Assembly (NCBI GenBank): GCA_016748015.1
Contig: JAAOMT010000074.1
Span: 188,984 to 252,983 of the forward strand
Length of the DNA: 64,000 nt
Direction of reading: 5' to 3'
DNA from: Geosiphon pyriformis uo1
Taxonomy: Eukaryota; Fungi; Glomeromycota
This document shows positions 60,001 to 64,000 of this stretch, one piece after another (the first letter of the stretch is position 1; each line of letters opens with the position of its first letter). The notes below the pieces were generated by a model that saw nothing but the letters and a program-made list of their open reading frames with translations, had not been told where the DNA came from and ran no database searches. A program made the translations under genes and the position numbers.

Positions 60001-62651
60001 TTTGACTTAGCAATGGCATTGATTAATGGAGCCACACAAGAAAATGTCCACCAAATAAAAGAAGCTGAATATATTAAGTATACCATGGAATTAACTGGAT
60101 TTGATTATGAAGATGAAGTAGAAACCTACCACCAAATTGCAAGTCACACATATCCGACCAAAGAAGCTCAAATTCAACGATTAGAGCAAATGAACATTCA
60201 ATTGTGTGAAGAATGTGTTATGTCTTGTGATGACCAATGGTGTTTAGAATGTTATGCTCTTAGCATTCCTCTGCCAAATGAGAATGATGAAAATGAAATC
60301 GAATTTGGAGTATCTGAACTAGTAAAAAAACTACCAACCACTCCTATCTATCTTCTTGAAAAGCAACCACCTCTACAACTTAAATATTTTAACAACCATG
60401 ACCAAAGAATCAAACCAGAAAAAGCACACGAAATTGATGCTGTATATGACTTAAGATATTCAGGAAAAGATACTTTGGTTCTTCAACCAAAGTCCTTGAC
60501 AAAAATCAATCTCAAAATTGCTCTTGAAATTCCACCAGAAGCAATGATTCAAATTGCTTCCAGATCATTATTGGCAAGCAAAGGAATTAATATTAGAGGA
60601 GGAGTTATAGATGCAGGATATACTGGAGACATTACCATTATGTTACAGAATAAGACAGACAAACTATTCAAAATTAAACATGCTGAAAAAATTGCTCAAG
60701 CAATTTACTTACCCTTAATCAACATTTCAGGTTTACAATCAGTAAACAACAGAGAACAATTGGGAAAAAGTAAAAGAGGAACTCAAGATTTTGGTTCAAC
60801 TAAACGATTTACAGTTTTAGTAAACATAGCTCTTAATACACAAAATGAATCTCACCAGATTCTTTAACTTCCCCAACCAATTACCATTTCACTTTTTGGA
60901 GAACATCACGAAATTTACACTTGCTCAAAACCCACTACTACCCAACAAATCTTTGAATCCAATGAACAAATTTGTTTGAAGCATGAAATATTAATTCCAA
61001 ATGTTTATATTCCCAAAAGAATGAAAAAATTTTGAATTATATTCTACAACTCCAATAATTATCCTATTGTCTTATTAAACAAATTAGAAATTGGAATCAT
61101 ATACAGCAATATTTTTCAAGATGAAAACCCTTAAATTGTCTCTAATTTCATCGAAATTATAAAGCACACTCTATTCCCAAATCTAAATATCATTCCCATT
61201 ACTAAAAACTTCCACTTTTTGGAAGAAAAACTCTCTCAAATCAACATGAATTCCTTAGAACCTTAACAACAAAGACAATTGAAACAATTGATAGCTGAAT
61301 TTGCAGATATATTTGCAAAAGACAACAATGACCTGGGAAAAACAGATATGGTTCAACATCAGATTCATACAGGAGATGCTCCACCAAAACATCAGCAAGC
61401 TTACAGAGCGCCACTTGCCAGCCACCAATTCATCAGAGAAGAAATCCAGAAAATGCTCAATAATGGATTAATTTAACCATCAAGAAGTCCTTAGGCCTCA
61501 CCAGTAGTCCTTGTCAAAAAAAAAATGGAAAAATCAGATTCTGTGTTGATTATAGACAACTGAATAGTGTTACAATTAGAGATGTCTACCCTCTTCCAAG
61601 AATTGATGACATGCTAGATGCTCTAGGAAAAGCCAAGTTCTTCTCAACTTTAGACTTGGAAAATGAATACTGGCAAGTCGAAATGGACCCAAAAGACCGA
61701 CCCAAAACAGCATTTATCACTCAGGAAGAAAACTATGAGTTCAATATTATGCCTTTTGGACTTTGTAATACACCAGCAACATTCCAGCAACTTATGGATA
61801 TTGTATATGAAAGACTTTTGTGGCAATCAGTAGTTGTCTATCTTGATAACACTGATGTATATTCATCAAGCTTTAAGATTTATCTTATTCACCTGTGAGA
61901 AGTTTTTCAATGATTACAGAAAGCAGGATTAAAGTTAAACATTGAGAAATGTCACTTTAGAAAAACAAGCCTAATCTTTTTTGGACACATTGTTAGCAAA
62001 AATGGAGTCAAACCAAATCCTGGAACAATCAGTGCTGTCAAAAACTTTCAAACTCCCAGAAATACCACAGAACTACAAAGATTTGTAGAATTAGCCTCTT
62101 ACTATCAAAAATTCATAAAAAGATTCTCAAAAATTGCCAAACCACTTAATTATCTTACCAACAAAAACATGCAATACAAATGGACTGAAGAACAACAAAA
62201 AGCTTTTGAAACTTTCAAAACAAAATTGACAACAGCCCCAGTTCTTGCTTACCCAGACTTTAACAAACAATTTCAATTAGCCACTGATGTTTCACACATA
62301 GTATTTGGTGCCATTTTATCACAAGTAGATGAAAATGGGCAAGAACAAGTTATCACTTATGCTAGTAGAACACTCAAACCAACAAAACTAAAATACGGCT
62401 CAACTGAATTAAAAGCTGCTACAGTCATTTGGGCTCTTAAACATTTTCAACAATATCTGAAGAATAGAAAAGAATTTGACATAATAACAGACAACATTGG
62501 TCTCAAATGGCTCAATAAAAAGAAAACTGAACAAATTGCCAAACAGTCTCGATGGAATAACTTCCTAGCAGACTACAGATATATTGTACATTACAAACCA
62601 AGAAAACTATATACCAATGTTGATAGCCTCTCAAGAATGAGACAAGATTAA
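57028..62651 (+). pseudogene. Element B gag-PR-(Cys-rich)-dUTPase-RT-RNase H polyprotein, disrupted
   Basis: MATAYIAKIPKFTGED, knuckle CHYCGIPGH*KQDC, LILDSGSA, dUTPase DAVYDL/RSLLA/GVIDAGYTGDI/KIAQAI/RGTQDFGST, RT, RNase H ..NVDSLSRMRQD*. Confidence 0.9.
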
Positions 62652-62708
62652 TACCAACAACAATTCCACCACAACTTACCAACTTACCAACAAAATAACC
62701 AAACAAAA

Positions 62709-64000
62709 ATGGATTCCAGAAATTACAGCAATCTTAAAAATTATTTGGAGACCCTTACCATGCCAGAAAACTGGTCTCCAAGTGAAAAACATTGTTTACA
62801 ATACCAATCAAAACAATATTTCATACACCAGAACAAAATCTATTATAAAAATCACAGAAACCCAAACCAACCACTCAGATTAGTACAAGAAAATAAAAAA
62901 GAAACAATTTTATACAACATGCACACAGATCCGTTTTCAACACACTTGGGAAAAGATGGAACAATTCAAAGAACTCTTGAACATTATTTTTGGCCTTACA
63001 TGTAAAAAAACATTTGACAATATGTAGAATCTTGTGATAGTTGTCAAAGAAGAGAAGAAATTCACCCCACAGAACCTTTAAATCCAATCAAAGTTGGACA
63101 ACTTTTTGACAGAGTTGGAATTGATTTAGTCGAACCATTACCTATTACAACCCAAGAAAATTGCTATATTACAGTAGCAGTAGATTATCTCACCAAATGG
63201 CCTAAAGCTAAAGCAATCCAAAGAGCAAATGCAAAATTAGTAGCAAATTTTATCTATGAAGACATTATTTGTAGACATGGATGTCCAATTGAACTTTTAT
63301 CTGATCAAGGAACACATTTTGTGAACAACTTGATATAAGAAATTTGTGAATAATTTAGTGTCAAAAGACTTCTATCATCATCTTATTACCTTCAAACAAA
63401 TGGACTTGTAGAATGTTTCAACAGAACATTGTGTGAATCTCTAGCCAAAGTCTCAACAGACTTTGAGCAGAAATAGGATATCTTTATTCCATCAGTGTTA
63501 CTAGCATACAGAACACTAAAACAAGATACTATGAAATACACACTATTTGACCTTACTTATGGGAGGACAGCAACATTACCAATTAATTTCACAGTAGAAA
63601 CATACTTAGTGCAACCAATCAATGAAGAAAACTTTCAAGAAACACTCCAAAGAAGGGCCTACACTCTTTTTAGTACACTGAAAGGAAAAAGAAGAATAGT
63701 AGCAATTCATATTAAACATTCCCAAGCTCAACAAAAAGAAAGACATGACAACAAATTACTACCTATTACCAACGAATTTAAAGTTGGAAATAAAGTTCTC
63801 TTACACAGAACTAAGGCTGAAAAACAATGGAGTGGGAAATTTGAAAACAAATGGGATGGACCATTTTATATTTACAAAATTCTAGACAATAGATCATACA
63901 AGTTAAAACTTGATGACAAAATACTAGCAAAAATTGCACATAGAAACAGATTGAAATACTATCATTTCAAAAACAATCCTGAACCATTAATTCCACAAAT
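62709..64000 (+). pseudogene. Element B integrase ORF (own ATG)
   Basis: MDSRNY..MHTDPFSTHLG..CDSC, GIDLVEP, SDQGTHF, GLVECFN, KWDGPF. Confidence 0.88.

Larger units (their letters stand above)
56104..64000 (+). mobile_element. Ty3/Gypsy family B element (dUTPase-bearing); 3' end beyond the window
   Basis: 5' LTR 56104-56982 (TGTTACCAG...CTGGTAACA), PBS TGGTGCTCTTCCATGG at 56985-57000, gag-PR-dUT-RT-RH-INT. The LTR does not visibly align with family A LTRs. Confidence 0.95.

Overview
Eukaryotic, AT-rich, intron-containing DNA, most likely fungal. An early-diverging lineage such as Glomeromycota is my inference from gene and TE style, not something shown. The only host gene is the 5' part of a minus-strand, C2-domain PSD2-like gene (1-813). 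About 2-6 kb is an extremely AT-rich zone of decayed TE relics. From about 6 kb to the end is a nested retrotransposon cluster. Three head-to-tail minus-strand LINEs (ORF1 zinc knuckle; ORF2 APE-RT-RNase H-CCHC) are interrupted by four dUTPase-encoding Ty3/Gypsy LTR elements of two families: A 7900-18813 (+), C 33633-43458 (-), D 45430-55339 (+), and B 56104 to the window end (+). A family-B solo LTR sits inside the RT of element A. All copies are pseudogenised by heavy C>T/G>A mutation. The most unusual feature is the Gypsy architecture. In all four copies Pol stops right after RNase H and integrase follows as a separate ORF behind an A/C-rich spacer. Family A also carries a conserved ~219-aa third ORF in the env position. 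Both families have a Cys-rich insert plus dUTPase between protease and RT, and a long GTG-started N-terminal Gag extension. The inverted pair C/D shows mirror-symmetric sharing of mutations, suggesting arm-to-arm gene conversion.
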